A stretch of 64,000 nucleotides of DNA from assembly GCF_009914755.1 (NCBI RefSeq), contig NC_060927.1, one strand, 5' to 3'. Under the pieces are notes generated by a model. It made no database searches. It was not told the origin of the DNA and worked only from the letters and a program-made list of their open reading frames with translations. A program made the position numbers and the translations under genes. This stretch comes from the human T2T-CHM13v2.0 reference genome, Homo sapiens. Of the stretch, positions 36,368-54,199 are shown in pieces; within the stretch, counting starts at the first letter, position 1, and every line of letters starts with the position of its first letter.

Positions 36368-36810
36368 TCACTATTGCCATTCATTTAGAGAACTTGGTTA
36401 CCCTAGACATGTATGAAAGCGATGTTTCTCAAACCATAAGGAATGAAAATCTTCCTCCACCTCCCGAAAAAATTAAATTTGAAAAAGGAAACTGGTTTAA
36501 TTTTTAGGTCATCGAATATCTATCATAATAGTAAACTGCAAGGAACCATGAACAGTGTCTTATCAAGCATCCCTTTCCCATAAGAGGAACCTGGACCCTG
36601 AATGGGTTAAGTTACTTGCCCAGGGTCATACAGGGGATTATATCATACATAGCAAAAGTTATGGATGTTAGCTCCAAAAACAAAACTAAGTAAAACCAAC
36701 AAAAAAACAAGGCAAACAAACAGCAAAGCCAAGAGATGAAGTTCTGCTCAGCAAAACTGTCTCCAAGTTCATGGGCTAAATCTGCTTTAACATACAAAAC
36801 AAAAGGCAAT

Positions 36811-36938
36811 GAGCTGGGTGCAGTGGCATGCACCTGTAGTCTCAGTTACTTGGGGAGGATCTCTTGAGCCCAGGAGTTTGAGGCTAGTCCGGGCAACATA
36901 GCAAGACCTCATCTCTAATAATAATAATAATAACAACA
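36811..36938 (+). mobile_element. FLAM monomer
   Basis: About 110-bp monomer with (AAT)n tail. Confidence 0.8.
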
Positions 36939-38129
36939 AAGTCCATCAGAACTGTTTTAAGTGGAGGAACGGGGGAAAGAAACAGTTAAGAGACTAGATT
37001 GTAACCAACCACTAAGTCAGAAAATATTTTTAGATGCTGACATCCCTGGTCCAAAAGGAAAGCCTCAAACAATCAGCCTCAGCAGTAACGGAATTATTCA
37101 CAGATTATAGTTATTGACATAATAATCCACAGAATTATAGTTATTGACTTTGCTTATTTACTTCCTGCTGTGGACATTATTAGCAGGGCTGAGCTGGGAC
37201 ATAAATCCAGTTATGGAACAGAATGCAAATAGAGATCCAGCATGGAACAGAGAAAAGTTTCCCTACTTCTAGGGCCCAGAAAGAAAGAAAGTAAACTTCA
37301 GGCAAGTGGAAAGGTGACTGGGAGGAGCTGAGGAGAGCACTAATCCACCTTCCTGTGTTGCAGGAATGAGCTGAGCACAAGAAATGCTACTAAGACCACA
37401 CAAACCTTCTAGCGCAAGAACACCTCCCGCCCAGACTCCACATCTCCATCTCCTTCTGGTTCATTTATTTACTTATTTTGAAAACTAGCTAAAGTGGTAA
37501 GTTTCCTCAAGGGCTGAGGAAAGCTTTGTCAAGGGCTTCCAGAAGGAGGGGTAGAAGCTGTGATGCTCCCCAGGCAGGTGTGGCTGAGGCTCAGGGGATC
37601 CCTGCAGAGACAGTAGGCTGAGCCCCACTCCCTGAAGTCTGTGCCCTTTGGGGTTTTTTGCTGGAAATAGATATTCTGTGGACTTGCCCCAGATCTGAAA
37701 GAGCCAGGGCCCAGGAAGCCCCACCCAATCTGAGAGCACTACCTTGGCCAAAGATCAGAAAGCAGAAGGGGTCTGAGAAAGAACAATGGCTGCACGTGTT
37801 CATATAGTAACCTGGAACTCCCTCCCCAGGCTACACGTGCTCTGGGATCATTGTCTGAAGTGCTCAACAGCTCTGCTAAGTGCAGGTAAGTTCCATTTAT
37901 AGATGTGGGTGCTAGGACTGCAGAGTACCCTATACAACGTTCATGAAACAGTGAATGTGTGTGTGGTGGGGGGACTTAATTATTCATTTTATTGCAAAAT
38001 AGAATTGTTGGAATAAAATCACAGGTGTAAAAACAGGAACTGACAGCAAACTTCACTAAACTAAGATTAGATATGCTGTTATTATTTTGCCTTACTGTTC
38101 AGACTCCTTCCAGAAGGTGGTTGCCACAG

Positions 38130-38820
38130 AAAATCAGAAAGGAGGACGTGGATAACCTTCCATTTCAAAACATGGGGCTGAGATCCTAAGTGATGAAGCT
38201 TAACATTGCAGTTAAGGGACAAGCTGGTCTCACGGGCATCCTGCTATCATTCCCTGAGAAGGACATATCACCTTTGTTGTGTTCATGTCCAAAATGTCTT
38301 ACTGAATCTAATTAGTGAGGCAAAGTCTACAAACACCCCGACCTTTTCAAAAATGTCCATGTCATGAGAGAGAGACTTAGGAACAGTTTCAGACGGAAGA
38401 AGACTAAGGAGAATATAATTAATGTGTGATTATGGATTGGAAACTGGATTGAGAAAAGATTAAGCTGTAAAGGACGTTATTGCAATGACCAGGGACACTT
38501 GACTATAGAATTTATATTAGATAATAGGATTGCATCAATATTAAATTTCTCATGTGTGATCATTGTATTGTGGTTCTGCAGGATAATGTTCTTTTTCTTA
38601 AAAGATGTATGCTGTGGAGTGACATGGTGCTGATAACTCAAATGGTTAGAAAAAGAAAAGCAGTTGACTACATACACAGAGAGAAAAAGGCAATTAAAGC
38701 ACTGTTAACAATTGGTGAATCTAGGTAAAAAGCATATGGGTGTTTATTGTACTATTCTTGCAACTTTTTTTGGATTTAAAATTTTCCAAAACAAAATGCT
38801 GGGAAAAACTTTAAAAAAAT
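38130..38820 (+). mobile_element. L1MC-type 3' end
   Basis: gcatcaatattaaatttctc...ttaacaattggtgaatctagg...ttgtactattcttgcaacttt. Confidence 0.65.
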
Positions 38821-39326
38821 AAAGATGAGGCAGTGTCTGGAGATCAAACACATACACATATACAAACACTGAAAAAAAAAAAAAAAAAGATGTGCTCTGT
38901 TCTCTTCAAAAGCAGGAAAAAGAATCTCAAAGAACTTAGTCTACCAAAAAACACAGTCCTTATGCCATTGAACTAAGAACAAATAATTAAACTGTCTGTT
39001 TTGAGTATTAAAACAGTGATCTTCCACTGATGCCTAGTAATAAAGATTAATTAGATTGGTCAGTGAACTCAATTTATAACTTGTACAGAATTATGTTGAA
39101 GCAGGTTGGGCTACCTCCTGTATGAGTGAGAAGAAGTGGGGCAAAAAATATAGGCATGATCAGCCCACCACGCAGCACTTCAAGCTAAAGAGAGCCTGGA
39201 AATTCATGGTTCATTTACCTGGGATCTGATGCATTTGCTTACCATTTTGGCCCCTGAATTCAGAATGGGCACTGCAAGGCAGTGCAGAAAGCACACTTTT
39301 GCAAGTAGAAAAAAGGCGAGGCATTA

Positions 39327-39470
<144 letters not shown>

Positions 39471-40328
39471 TCACTGGTCATCAGGTTACAGAGTCATTCC
39501 CTAATTATCAAAGACATCAGTGGGTTTGACCAAACCCCTAAATAAACCTAAATCATTCAAATTCCACTCAGTATTGCTTCCCAGTCTCCTTCAGTCCTCT
39601 CCATCTACTCCCTAACTCCTGATGAAAACTATGAATGATAGTAGTCTTAAAAAGGTTTCAAACATACCTATTCGGAAGTCCAACCTGCTCAGAGACCTAT
39701 AAAAGATTCTTAAAATGAATGAAAACGAAGGCTCAGATGCTGCCTCCTTATAAACCCTCTCTGAACACCCCCGAGTAAAACAACTAAGAAGTAAAAGTAG
39801 TAACCAGAGGCCAGTTACATTCAACTAAGATTAGACATGCTATTATTATATCACCTTAATATTTAATACTTCCTAGTTACTTCACCCTCCTCTGAACTTG
39901 TGTGTGGCATATCTTCCATGCCTGTATCACTTTTCAGTTGCTCATCTTTGTCTTCCTCACCAGACTGTCAGCTCCTTAAGGATAAGATATGTTCCATTCT
40001 CAGCCCCAATGCCCAGAACATAGTAAATGCCTGGTAAGTATTTATTATATTCAATACAAAGGATTGTGTATTCTTGCAACCCAGGATACTTATTCTGATG
40101 CAATAACAACAATAATAATAACAGCTACCAGTCATTGCCTGTCTACACACTCCAGATGAGATACAGCGTTTTACATGCACTAGCTCATTGAATACTCACA
40201 GCTACCCTGTGAGGCAGGTACTACTGTCCCTGTGTTGTGGAGACTCACAGAAGTCCACTTGAGTAATGACAGAGCCAGGATTTGTAGTTAGATTTGGCTC
40301 CAAACCCCAGGATTTTCCATGACTATAA

Positions 40329-40655
<327 letters not shown>

Positions 40656-41997
40656 TAGGAATTTCATAAACACTTCCCATGGTTACCTTGCTGATGTGCA
40701 GCATCAAGGAAAAAAATCTCATTTACAATTTCATCAAGCCAGCTACTCATATGGGTGTTTTCCCACCTGAACACTAAGAAATTCAACTCACGGTAAAAAC
40801 TTATTTTCTATATAACTGTGTTCTACATAAACTTAATTCAGTTATATGATGATTTGCTATCTTCAACTGTATATATTTATTTAAAAATAAAAAGTCATTT
40901 CTGCTCACACAATTTTCCTTCACGGTAAACAGAATGTGCTTTTGGTAATAAGCTAGCTTGGTTTTAGCAATGTTGTTGTTTTGAACATTTGGAGCTATTT
41001 TCTGTTGCATAAAAATAGATTTGTCATGGCTCTGAAACAAACAAACCAAAGTTTTCCTTAAGTAGCTGTAGCAATGAACAAGTAGAAGGTGCTCCCTTTA
41101 CAAGAGTGACTGAAGTCTGATTAATCTAAAGAAAGATCCTTATCAGACAGAAAGACCACATTCTTTGTAGAATGTAGCACAGGTATCTGACACTAGGTGG
41201 AAAATGTTATAAGAACTCAACCAACCAACCATGTCAAAGGGCTTCTTGGATGGAAAAATTACATAATCATGTTTGGCATTTTGCTTGAAGATAAAAACTT
41301 ACGATACTATTTTAGGATATCGAGATTCTTAAGAAATAGGTAACGGTTCTTTTTTTTTTTTCTTGTGAGTTAATACATGTAGGAGTTAGGGATTATAAAA
41401 GGGGAAAACCTGAAGACACAGATGGTCAAAACAAATTGACTTTGGCTATGTCACTCCTCTGACTATTAAGTAAAACCTCTCTTCTTTTTCGCTTTTCCTA
41501 GAATACATTGCCCTTAACTCCTATTTATGATTGATTTCTAGCTTTTCCCCCAGTGTCCCCATTTAACGTATAAACCACAGACCATAAAAATTAGGACATG
41601 ACTTTGAGATGGAGGTAAGTATATAATTTAGGGCAGAGGTCTATCAAAATGCCTGTGATTTTGGGGAACTCCTAAAAAAGGTAAATACGACAAAGAGCCT
41701 TGGCAGCCATAACAATGAGGTGGCATGTTATTTCCACAAAGGCACTTGACACTGTTTAAACCACTGATAAAGGAACCAAGATGACCCAAATGATCCAAGA
41801 ATGCCTACTACTCCCACCCATGTCTCATCTGCTCATCCTGTCAACAGGCATGAGTATCTTCTCACCTCTCTCTCCCCATTTTCCCAGAAACATCATTTAC
41901 CCCATTAGGCTTGCAGAAAACAAATTCGCAGAAAAATAACGAACCAATTCCTCCAGCACAGCACTTTCACTCACTGCTACTAAATTCCACTTTCTCA

Positions 41998-42117
<120 letters not shown>

Positions 42118-42712
42118 CTATAAACCAGAGTAGAAAAAGAGAGAAAAGAAAAAAAGTTGGTAAACCTTCAGAAACATATTCATAAAATTTATTATTTGAA
42201 AGCAAGGTCAAAGACTCAACAGTGCCACTGCTTTTTTGGAAAATCAAAGGAACTAGAGACTTCTTCCAAAGCAGGATCTGGTAAATTTTTTACCTCTAAG
42301 TGTATGTCTGTGTTTTAAGCTTCAGGAATATCCAAATAATTATAAACCGAAAGACCTCAAAACAAAAGAGCAAAAACAAGTAGAGAGAATGAGGGTAAAC
42401 AGCAGAAGGCTAGGGGAGTGGGAGGAAAAAAGGAAACAGGTACGTGACAGACTCTGAAGGGAGACAGCCTATCATAGGAAAAATATTAATCTTATTGCTA
42501 AAGTTCTGTATCAATGTTAAATTTACTGTGGTTACAAGAGAGAATACTTCTCCATATTGTTATGAAACATATAACGAAGTATTTAAAGGTAAAGGCCGTG
42601 ATGTATGCAATCCTCCAATGATTTAGAAAACACACACACAGACAGAGAGAGAGAAGAAACAAGTCTATGCACGAGTGATGAAGCATGTAGAGTAAAATGT
42701 TGACACAGATAA

Positions 42713-43035
<323 letters not shown>

Positions 43036-43335
43036 CACAAATCCTCTTTTTTTAAACTACTTTTATTCTTGTAACTTTTTTGAAAGTCTGAAACTATTTT
43101 TCAAAATAAATCCTTATTAAATGTTAAATATTATATCTGGACATATACACATGCACACACATATATGTGCATGTATGTATACAATTATGGAGTAAGAAGA
43201 TCTGGGAGAAAGTCCCACGTCTTAGAAATGTCTGTAGCCATCCGGCTTTTCAAGTAGAGTGTACTGTGAGTTCTCAAGATCCTTCTATTTCTTTCTTTCC
43301 TTCTTTTTTTTTTGGTTTCCCTTTCTAAAAGTCAC

Positions 43336-45245
43336 AATGCTGGCAGCATCGCCTCTTTGTAGCCCGGAGCAGCTGCTGCCATCACGCTGGCTGTGGCGGA
43401 AGGAGGTCGTGGGCCGTGGCGGTGGGAGCAGCTGCTGCCATCACGCTGGCTGTGGCGGAAGGAGGTCGTGGGCCGTGGCGGTGGGAGCAGCTGCAGGGCC
43501 AGTAGTGGCGGCGGAGAGGACCCCTGTGCCCCATGTCCCCGAGGCAGCTGACTGTGCCGTCCCCAGCCTCACGGGGCCAGGCAGGACCCACTCCCAGGCC
43601 CGGAGCCTCTGCCGCTGTTGACCCTGGCCCCGCGTCACTGCTCTTGCCTTGCTGCTGCTGTGGAAAGGGTGCAGCAGGAAGGAGGTGGTCAGTCCCTGAA
43701 GCCCGCCACGATGGGACTGGGCCGAGTCACCCGCTGGTGGGGGAGCAGCGTGGTTGGGCACGGAGGGGCGGACAGAGAAGGGCCCCGAGGTAGAGCTGTG
43801 CCCGGGGCAGTGCCACGATCCATGGAGCCAAGCAGGAGCTGGGCGTGGCTGCAGCTACCAAGCTGCAGCTGCAGACGGAAACATCTCTGCACTCTTGGGG
43901 ATCCAGGAAGGTCCCCCTCCCCCAAAAGGCTAAGAGGTGTCTGCTCCCGCTGCCTAGCCTCTCTCTTCTCCCAGCGCCACTCCGACCTCGGAGCAAGGAT
44001 GGGGCTGAGCCCACGTGCTGTCGCACGCTGGCTGGGTGTGCAAACGTTCAGGGTAGCACTGACATGCCAGCCCCCTGCCACCTCAGCCCCCTCTGGACTT
44101 TGGGCACCGATGAGCACAGGAGGGAGGCCGAGGGGGTGCTGAGGGCAGCTCAGCACTGGCCTGTAGGCGTCCCTTGGCACAAACAGCCCGGGCGCCATGA
44201 ATGGTGGCAGAAGGTAGACAGGCTCCTGGGTGGAAGGGGGCGAGTCCCTGGTGAAGCCCCACCTTCAAGCTGGGGAGGGCCCGAAGCCTGGGGTTCGGGC
44301 CACTAGTCTCATGGACCAGAGGGGTAACTTGTGGTGCTTTTCCCTGGGCCTGCCAATGGCCGCCATGGTCCAAGCAGCACCTCCTCCCCACTGAAGCCCA
44401 TAACAACTGCTGGCTCAGCAAGACCAGAAGATGGAGAGACAAGGGGAGACAATCAGCTGCAGAGAGAAACTATCCTCTCTGCTGAGAGGATGGAGGGAGG
44501 ATGGGACAATCTACCCACAGAGAGGCACTACCCTCTCTGCTGAGAGCTGAACACTCGCTGGGACACCCTGGCTATGGAGACAAGCTATCCACTGTGGGCC
44601 TCCTCTGAGCTGTTCTATCGCTCAATAAAGCTACTCTTCATCTTGCTCACCCTCCACTTGTCTGTATACCTCATTCTTCCTGGATGTAGGACAAGAACTC
44701 AAGATCCGCTGAATGGTGAGGCTAAAAGAGCTGTAACACAAATAGGGCTGAAACATGCCCCTTGCTCACCACGTTGTGGGGGAAAAGGAGAGAAGAGCTA
44801 TGGTCCTTTGGGGAGCCCAGACCTGGGAGCTACCCGAGCTGGGGCTGTGACTCTCTCTTTGGGGCCCTGTGGTTCCTGGCATCTCCAAGCTTCTGGGCAC
44901 TATTGCATACCCTGATGCCAGCCAGAGAAGCTGTCTGCAGTGCACCTGGTCCAGCTGCAGCCTTGCAGAGGGCTGGCGCCTGTGCGGGCAACCTGGAGCT
45001 GCTCACCCTGCAGCAGCAGCAGCCAGCGTGTCTGACCGTGCACAGTGGCTCAACCCCACGCTTGCTCACACACCCCTTGCCGCTTTATGCCTGACTTGCC
45101 CTTGGCAGGTATGGGATCCAGGCAGGAAGCATGAACCGAGTGCAGCCTGCCAGGCCGAGTGGGCAGAACGAACCCAGTGGGCCCAAGCAAAACTCGGGCA
45201 AAGGCGCCACAGACCACAGAGGTTTCCAGCCAGAAAAGTGACACC
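43336..45245 (+). mobile_element. MER52-family (ERV1) solo LTR, GC/CpG-rich
   Basis: Starts tgctggcagc...gctgccatcacgc; AATAAA 44624-44629; ends gaggtttccagccagaaaagtgacacc. Resembles the MER52 consensus from memory; 3' end abuts a 5'-clipped Alu. Confidence 0.75.
43366..43494 (+). repeat. Perfect 59-bp tandem duplication (2.2 copies)
   Basis: GGAGCAGCTGC starts at 43366, 43425 and 43484; the two full units are identical. Confidence 0.97.
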
Positions 45246-45246
45246 C

Positions 45247-45934
<688 letters not shown>

Positions 45935-46338
45935 CACATTTTAAGATTATTTAATTGTTCCTATTTTTGCTTCTTCTGGTCTCTAAGTAATATATGTGTA
46001 CTGCTTTTTCTTATCATTGATTTCTTTAACACATGAGAGTACAGCCCAGAAGATAAAGAAAGTTTATCTTCCTTTCTTGCTATTATGGTTATATCACCAT
46101 TTTCAGCTTCTCTCCTAGTTATCTTTGTACCTTTAAAATAATATCCTTATATCTTTATTTATTAGTTCCATCAATTAGCATATTACCCTATGTCGCCTCT
46201 TTTTTCTCGTTTTGTTTTTTTGAGATGGAGTCTCAAACTTCATGTCTATAGCATTATCCTTTTAAATTTTTATTTTTTAAAAGTAACACTCTGAGTGTGG
46301 GGTGACTAGGTCAAAGGATATGAGTATAAGACTCTTAA

Positions 46339-46694
<356 letters not shown>

Positions 46695-47256
46695 CATCAT
46701 TTACCCAATTTTCTATGTAGATCTTGATATTCTGATCAGTGATATTAGCTCATTATAATACAGATATTAAGCTTTCATCTGTCTATCCCATTTACTACAA
46801 TTTTCTAACTTTTCATTTTAATATTGATGATTTTCATTGATACTAGTTTGATTATCATATAGCAAAATCCTCATCTTTACCTTAGCTAATTAATGTTTCA
46901 GAAAAGCAATGAACAAATATACCAAAATGCTATACTTCTAAACCATTATTTTTCCATAATAATTTGTGCTTTAATCATACTTTTCAGAGCAATCAGAAAT
47001 GTTGCTTCTCATACTTAACCGGACACATTCAACACGGGAAGCTGCTCTTTTCCCTGTGGAATCCACTAGATTCAATGGTGACCAGCTTTTCCTTCACCAA
47101 GACCTCTAATGTTTTCATACATTCATCCAACAAACTCTTATTAAGAAAGTACTCTGTGTCAGGTCCTATGCTTGGTACTAGACTTATAAACCTATTCCAG
47201 AGAGTGAGAAATGTGTATAAATCAGTTATATTAATACACCACAAAAAGTAGTATTT

Positions 47257-47705
47257 TCACTAGTAAAGACACGGAATCAACCTAAATGACAATCAATGGT
47301 AGACTGGATAAAGAAAATGTGGCATATATACACCATGGAATACTATGCAGCCATAAAAAAGAAACAAGATCATGTCCTTTGCAGCAACATGGATGGAGCT
47401 GGAGGCCATTATCCTAAGCAAACTAATGCAGGAACAGAAAACCAAATACTGCACATTCTCACTTATAAGTGGGAGCTAAATGATGAGAACACATGGACAC
47501 AAAGAGGGGAACAGACATCAGGGCCTACTTGAGGGTGGTAGGTAGGAGGAGGCAGAGGATCAAAGAATGACCTATCAGGTACTATGCTTATTACCTGGGT
47601 GACAAAATAATCTGTATACCAAACCCCTGTGACACACAGTTAACCTACACAACAATCTTGCACATGTACCCATGAACCTAAAAGTTAAGAAAAAAAAAAA
47701 AAAAG
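47257..47705 (+). mobile_element. L1 3' end (older L1PA/L1PB), 5'-truncated
   Basis: ORF2 C-terminal remnant DWIKKMWHIYTMEYYAAIKK, 3' UTR and A-tail; degenerate TSD aaaagtagtattt / aaaagtaatgttt. Confidence 0.88.
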
Positions 47706-48011
47706 AAAAGTAATGTTTAAAAGATTTCTACAACATAAGTGATAGAAAACAAAATGTGACTAACTTGGCTGACAAGTGGGTCAAAGAAGACTCTGCAGAT
47801 AAGGTAACTGAGGTGTGTCTTCATTTCCAGGTGAATAAAGGCAGAGGGTGCAGAGACCAGGAGGTATAAACAGTGCTGTTTCATTCATGGAATTGTATAT
47901 AGCTCCAACTTAAGGCCAGGAAGTCACATCTAAGAAGGGAGAATTGAAAGATGAGGCTGGAAAAATATAGGGGCCAAGTCATGGAAGGTATCCTGACCAC
48001 ATCAGTGTTTT

Positions 48012-48052
48012 AGATACTACACTTGATCTTAGCCAAAAGACTGAGAAGCGAT
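48012..48052 (-). pseudogene. U2 snRNA 5' fragment (nt 1-41), tailless retropseudogene
   Basis: Reverse complement ATCGCTTCTCAGTCTTTTGGCTAAGATCAAGTGTAGTATCT matches U2 nt 1-41 at 39/41. Flanked by the direct repeat CACATCAGTGTTTTAGA (47998-48014, 48053-48069). Confidence 0.93.
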
Positions 48053-49078
48053 CACATCAGTGTTTTAGAGAAATCACTCTGGGAGAGGGACTAGAAAAGC
48101 CAACTCTACAGGAAACGAAGAGACCAGTACTACAAGAGAGCAGGTGACACTTTAAAAGACTATTTAACAGTTGCTAAGTAATATTGCCTTTCTCATCTGT
48201 AACCATCAGACATAAAACACTGGTTTTCACCAGCACTATACATCAGCAAGAGACAGCTGTGTCTGCGTATCAAGCCAATGTCATTCCAGTCATAAACAGT
48301 GCAGGATGATCAATCAGCCAGTGTAGACAAATCCTGGATCAAATTTCAAACTTCATTAAGCTTTTGAAGTACAGAAAAAATCACTGTGGCTGTTCTCCCA
48401 TCCCCTCTTCACCACTCAGCCCAGTTACTACCTTTGGGAATCCCAGAATCCACTCCAATTATCAAGGTCCTCACTACCACTTGATTAATTTCTACAGTGA
48501 CCCATTTCCAAAACATCAGCGGAACTCTTACGTTGATGGAATCCCTATAAAGAACAGAAACAAAACTCTTAAAATGGGTCTTAAGTTGATTTGACAGCAT
48601 ACAAAAATAAACTCACCACTGCCCCTCTCAGGAATCAGTAGGGAAGAGGAGGTCGCTGCCCTATATTTTTATGGTTCATCCTCGAGGTCAAAGTGTTAAC
48701 CATGTTTGGTTGAGTTTTACCCACACCAAAGCAAATACCTTTTAAAATGCAAATGTCATGAGCTTTGCCATGCCTTGAAGATTCATATGAAGACAACCGC
48801 CTGGGGGCCTTCACCACTGAGCACAGGCTTATGCAGCCTGCTGGGAGATTATCCCCAGGAGTCCATGTCAGTGAAATATATTGCCCATCACCACCTAATG
48901 TGTTCTTGAAATGGATTACAGAGGAGACATATTCCGCTTTTTGAGTCTTTGATGAAGGAAGGAGGCAGGTAGAGCTATATACAGGGGATATCTACCATCC
49001 AATTTCCTTTACTTGATGCAAGCAAATATTTTGAAGATCATTTAACAAATCAGCTAATGGAATGTCTACAAAGTCTCA

Positions 49079-49822
<744 letters not shown>

Positions 49823-50318
49823 AATTTCTAAAGACTCTGTCTCCTTTGTGGGTTCTCTTACTCTGCCCAGTTGTTAAAGCTTGGGATCCCCTGGGTTTGT
49901 CTTTTGCTTGGCCCATTGCCCTCCTCAGTCAGCTCCCCATGTGCAGTCTCAACCTCTCCCTGGACTTCGGCTTCCATTTGCACTGATCGCCCCAGAATCT
50001 GCGCCAACCTTTCCGACTTCTCCCTGGAGTGTCTTACTATTAAGTGTTGGTGCTTATGGAGAAATCTGTCTACCTGGATGTTCCTGGAAATATTGAGCTG
50101 AATAAGCCCAGAATTGAACTTGCTTCCCCTGTCCCTGCCAGGGCCTCCTCTGCAATCCTCTATCTCAGGTGCCGATCCCAGTACCCACCTAGTTATCTAA
50201 CTAAGGTTTTAACCTGGAAAAATCAACAACTCCTCATTCTTTCTCACATCTGTGTTCAGTCAATCACCAAATCCTATCAATTTTACCTCCTGAACACTTT
50301 TCTTTCCTAAATTTTTAA

Positions 50319-50444
<126 letters not shown>

Positions 50445-50989
50445 TAAATGTTTTTCAAATTGATTTCTTCCTCTCCACTCCCTGATGCCCCTGCCGTCAT
50501 CTCATTCCTAGGCTACCATGGCAGCTGCATCCAGAAGTGCCCCAAGGGAGGAATCCCACCAGCATGTTCATAGTGTCATATGTTTTTGTAAAACTTGCAA
50601 AAGTAATATAATTTGACCATAACAAGCTAAGATCCTTGTCTCTTTCTGTTCCAGCTTCCCTGTGTCAAATGTCCTCTTCCTTTGGGAGGTTTTACAGGTT
50701 GCTATAGGCATTTTGGGGACCCAAGTAAAAATCAGTTAAAGTAGGGATTTACTTTACATGGGTACAGTAGGATATACTGATATGATTCCTGGTTACTTCC
50801 GTGAGTAGGTAAGTTATGAATAATGGATCATCCCTTCACCCAATGTGCTGACTCACTTAGCATCATAGTGCAATACAATTATGCCTAAAGGCACCCAGCC
50901 CCGGAAGTACATGGGTTGTGGAGAAGCAAGGTTTGAAATGTATGGGGCCAGAACCTGTCTGTGAAAATTTCTTCCAAAAATTACAGCTC

Positions 50990-51210
50990 ATATATGAACA
51001 AACTGGAGAGATAGTTCCCCAATTTTGATTACAATCTTAAACATTTATATAATATTATCAGTAATAAAATGTGAAGCTTTTGTTTTTCTAAACTATCAAT
51101 ACTAAACAAATTTCAATCAGCCAGGCTAAAAAGAAAGATTTCTATTCTCTCTAGAGGAAAAGATTACAAACATTGTGGCCATCTGAAGAGGCAAACATTG
51201 TTGCTAAAAA
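50990..51210 (+). mobile_element. Possible hAT DNA-transposon remnant
   Basis: tttctaaactatcaat...tttctattctctcta resembles a decayed hAT dimerisation-domain coding end. Confidence 0.4.
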
Positions 51211-51221
51211 AGGTGATAAGA

Positions 51222-52796
<1,575 letters not shown>

Positions 52797-52869
52797 GGTA
52801 AGGAATGAAGAATGGTAGAAGTTTCAAGCAGTTAATAAAACCAAATGATGTTTTTAAAAAAATGTTGTA

Positions 52870-53161
52870 GGCTGGGCGCAGTTGCCCATGCCTGTAATGC
52901 CAGCACTCTGGGAGGCCAAGGTGGGAGGATTGCTTGAGGTCAGGAGTTCGAGAGCAGCCCGGGCAACATAGGGAGACTCCATCGCTACAAAAAAATTAAA
53001 AATTAGACAGGTGTGGTGGCGCACACCTGTAGTTCTAACTGCTCAGGAGGCTGAGGCAGGAGGACCGCTTGAGTCCAGGGGTTTGAAGCTGCAGTGAGCT
53101 ATGATTGCACCACTGCACTCCACCCTGGGCAACAGAACAAGACACTGTCTCAAAAAAAAAA
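52870..53161 (+). mobile_element. AluJ-type
   Basis: Dimer plus A-tail. Confidence 0.9.
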
Positions 53162-53193
53162 GGTGATATTTGTGATTAATCATTTAATCTTTT

Positions 53194-53486
53194 TGTTATG
53201 GACTGAACATTTGTGTCCTCCCAAAACTCATATGTTGAAATTCTAATTCTTAAGGTGATGGTATTATGTGGTAAGGACTTTGAGATGGGGTTAGTGCCTT
53301 AAATGAGATCCCAGAGAGCTCTTTAGCCCCCTTTTTGTAATTAAGGATACAATTAGAAGTCAGTGCTCTGCAATGTGGAAGAGGACCCTCGCCAGAACCT
53401 AACCATGCCGGCATTTTCACCCTCAGAACCATAAGTACCACCCAGTCTATGGTACTTTGTTATTGTAGCTCAAACTGACTAAGACA
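53194..53486 (+). mobile_element. MLT1A-type LTR
   Basis: tgttatggactgaacatttgtgtcc...gactaagaca. Confidence 0.8.
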
Positions 53487-54199
53487 CTTGGAATTTGTAA
53501 TGATTTCTTGATTCATTCTAACTACACATTCCTTTTTGTTGCCTCATCCAATAGCCATTTTGAAATGCATAGCCGATTATATCATTTTCTTCTTTAAACT
53601 ACTTCAAAGGCACCATTACCTATAATTCAAGCTCCTTAACTTGGTGTATTCAATAGCATTTATTTTCTTGGTGAAGTAGGAGACAGTGTCACCTGTACAT
53701 TAGGATAAAGTGTAAGGGTGATGGTTTATACCATACAGTGAGAAGAAGGAATGACAAAGGGCAAAAAGAGAACTAGAGATCATGAAAGATCCAAATCAGA
53801 TTGGAAGTAAGATCCCTTCCTGGCCAGTCAATACTGAAGTTTAAAATTCTTCTGCCTGGCTCTGGTTCCAGAGTGTGACAGTCAGAATGGTCCCAGCAGT
53901 GGTTCATAGAGCAGGGCCTCTTAAACAGCTGCATACAGAAGGATTGAGGGTGATGGTGTAAGATTATCCCAGCCATCGATCAGAAGAGCAAGGGAAGGTC
54001 AAGAAAAGTGTGTGGAGTTTCAGGGATAGGGGATGGCAGGAAGAAGTAGCTAGAAGTATGAGAGAATAAAAATGTGCTGTTATAATGAGGCCAAAAGTAA
54101 AGTGATATTTTATGCAATAAAGCTTATGTAAATATGTGTTTTAAAACTTGATTTGATTTTTTCCACATTAGGAAAGTTCACTATTTCAGAAAGAAAATA

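Noticed and set aside
47998-48069. Repeat-spacer-repeat pattern resembling a CRISPR unit
   Set aside because: Only two repeats, and the spacer is U2 snRNA sequence; this is a target-site duplication in a eukaryotic intron.
53153-53168. Third copy of AAAAAAGGTGATA, suggesting one large Alu-SEC13-Alu composite insertion
   Set aside because: Each element has its own plausible TSD, and the match is mostly poly(A) plus 7 nt, so it is likely chance.
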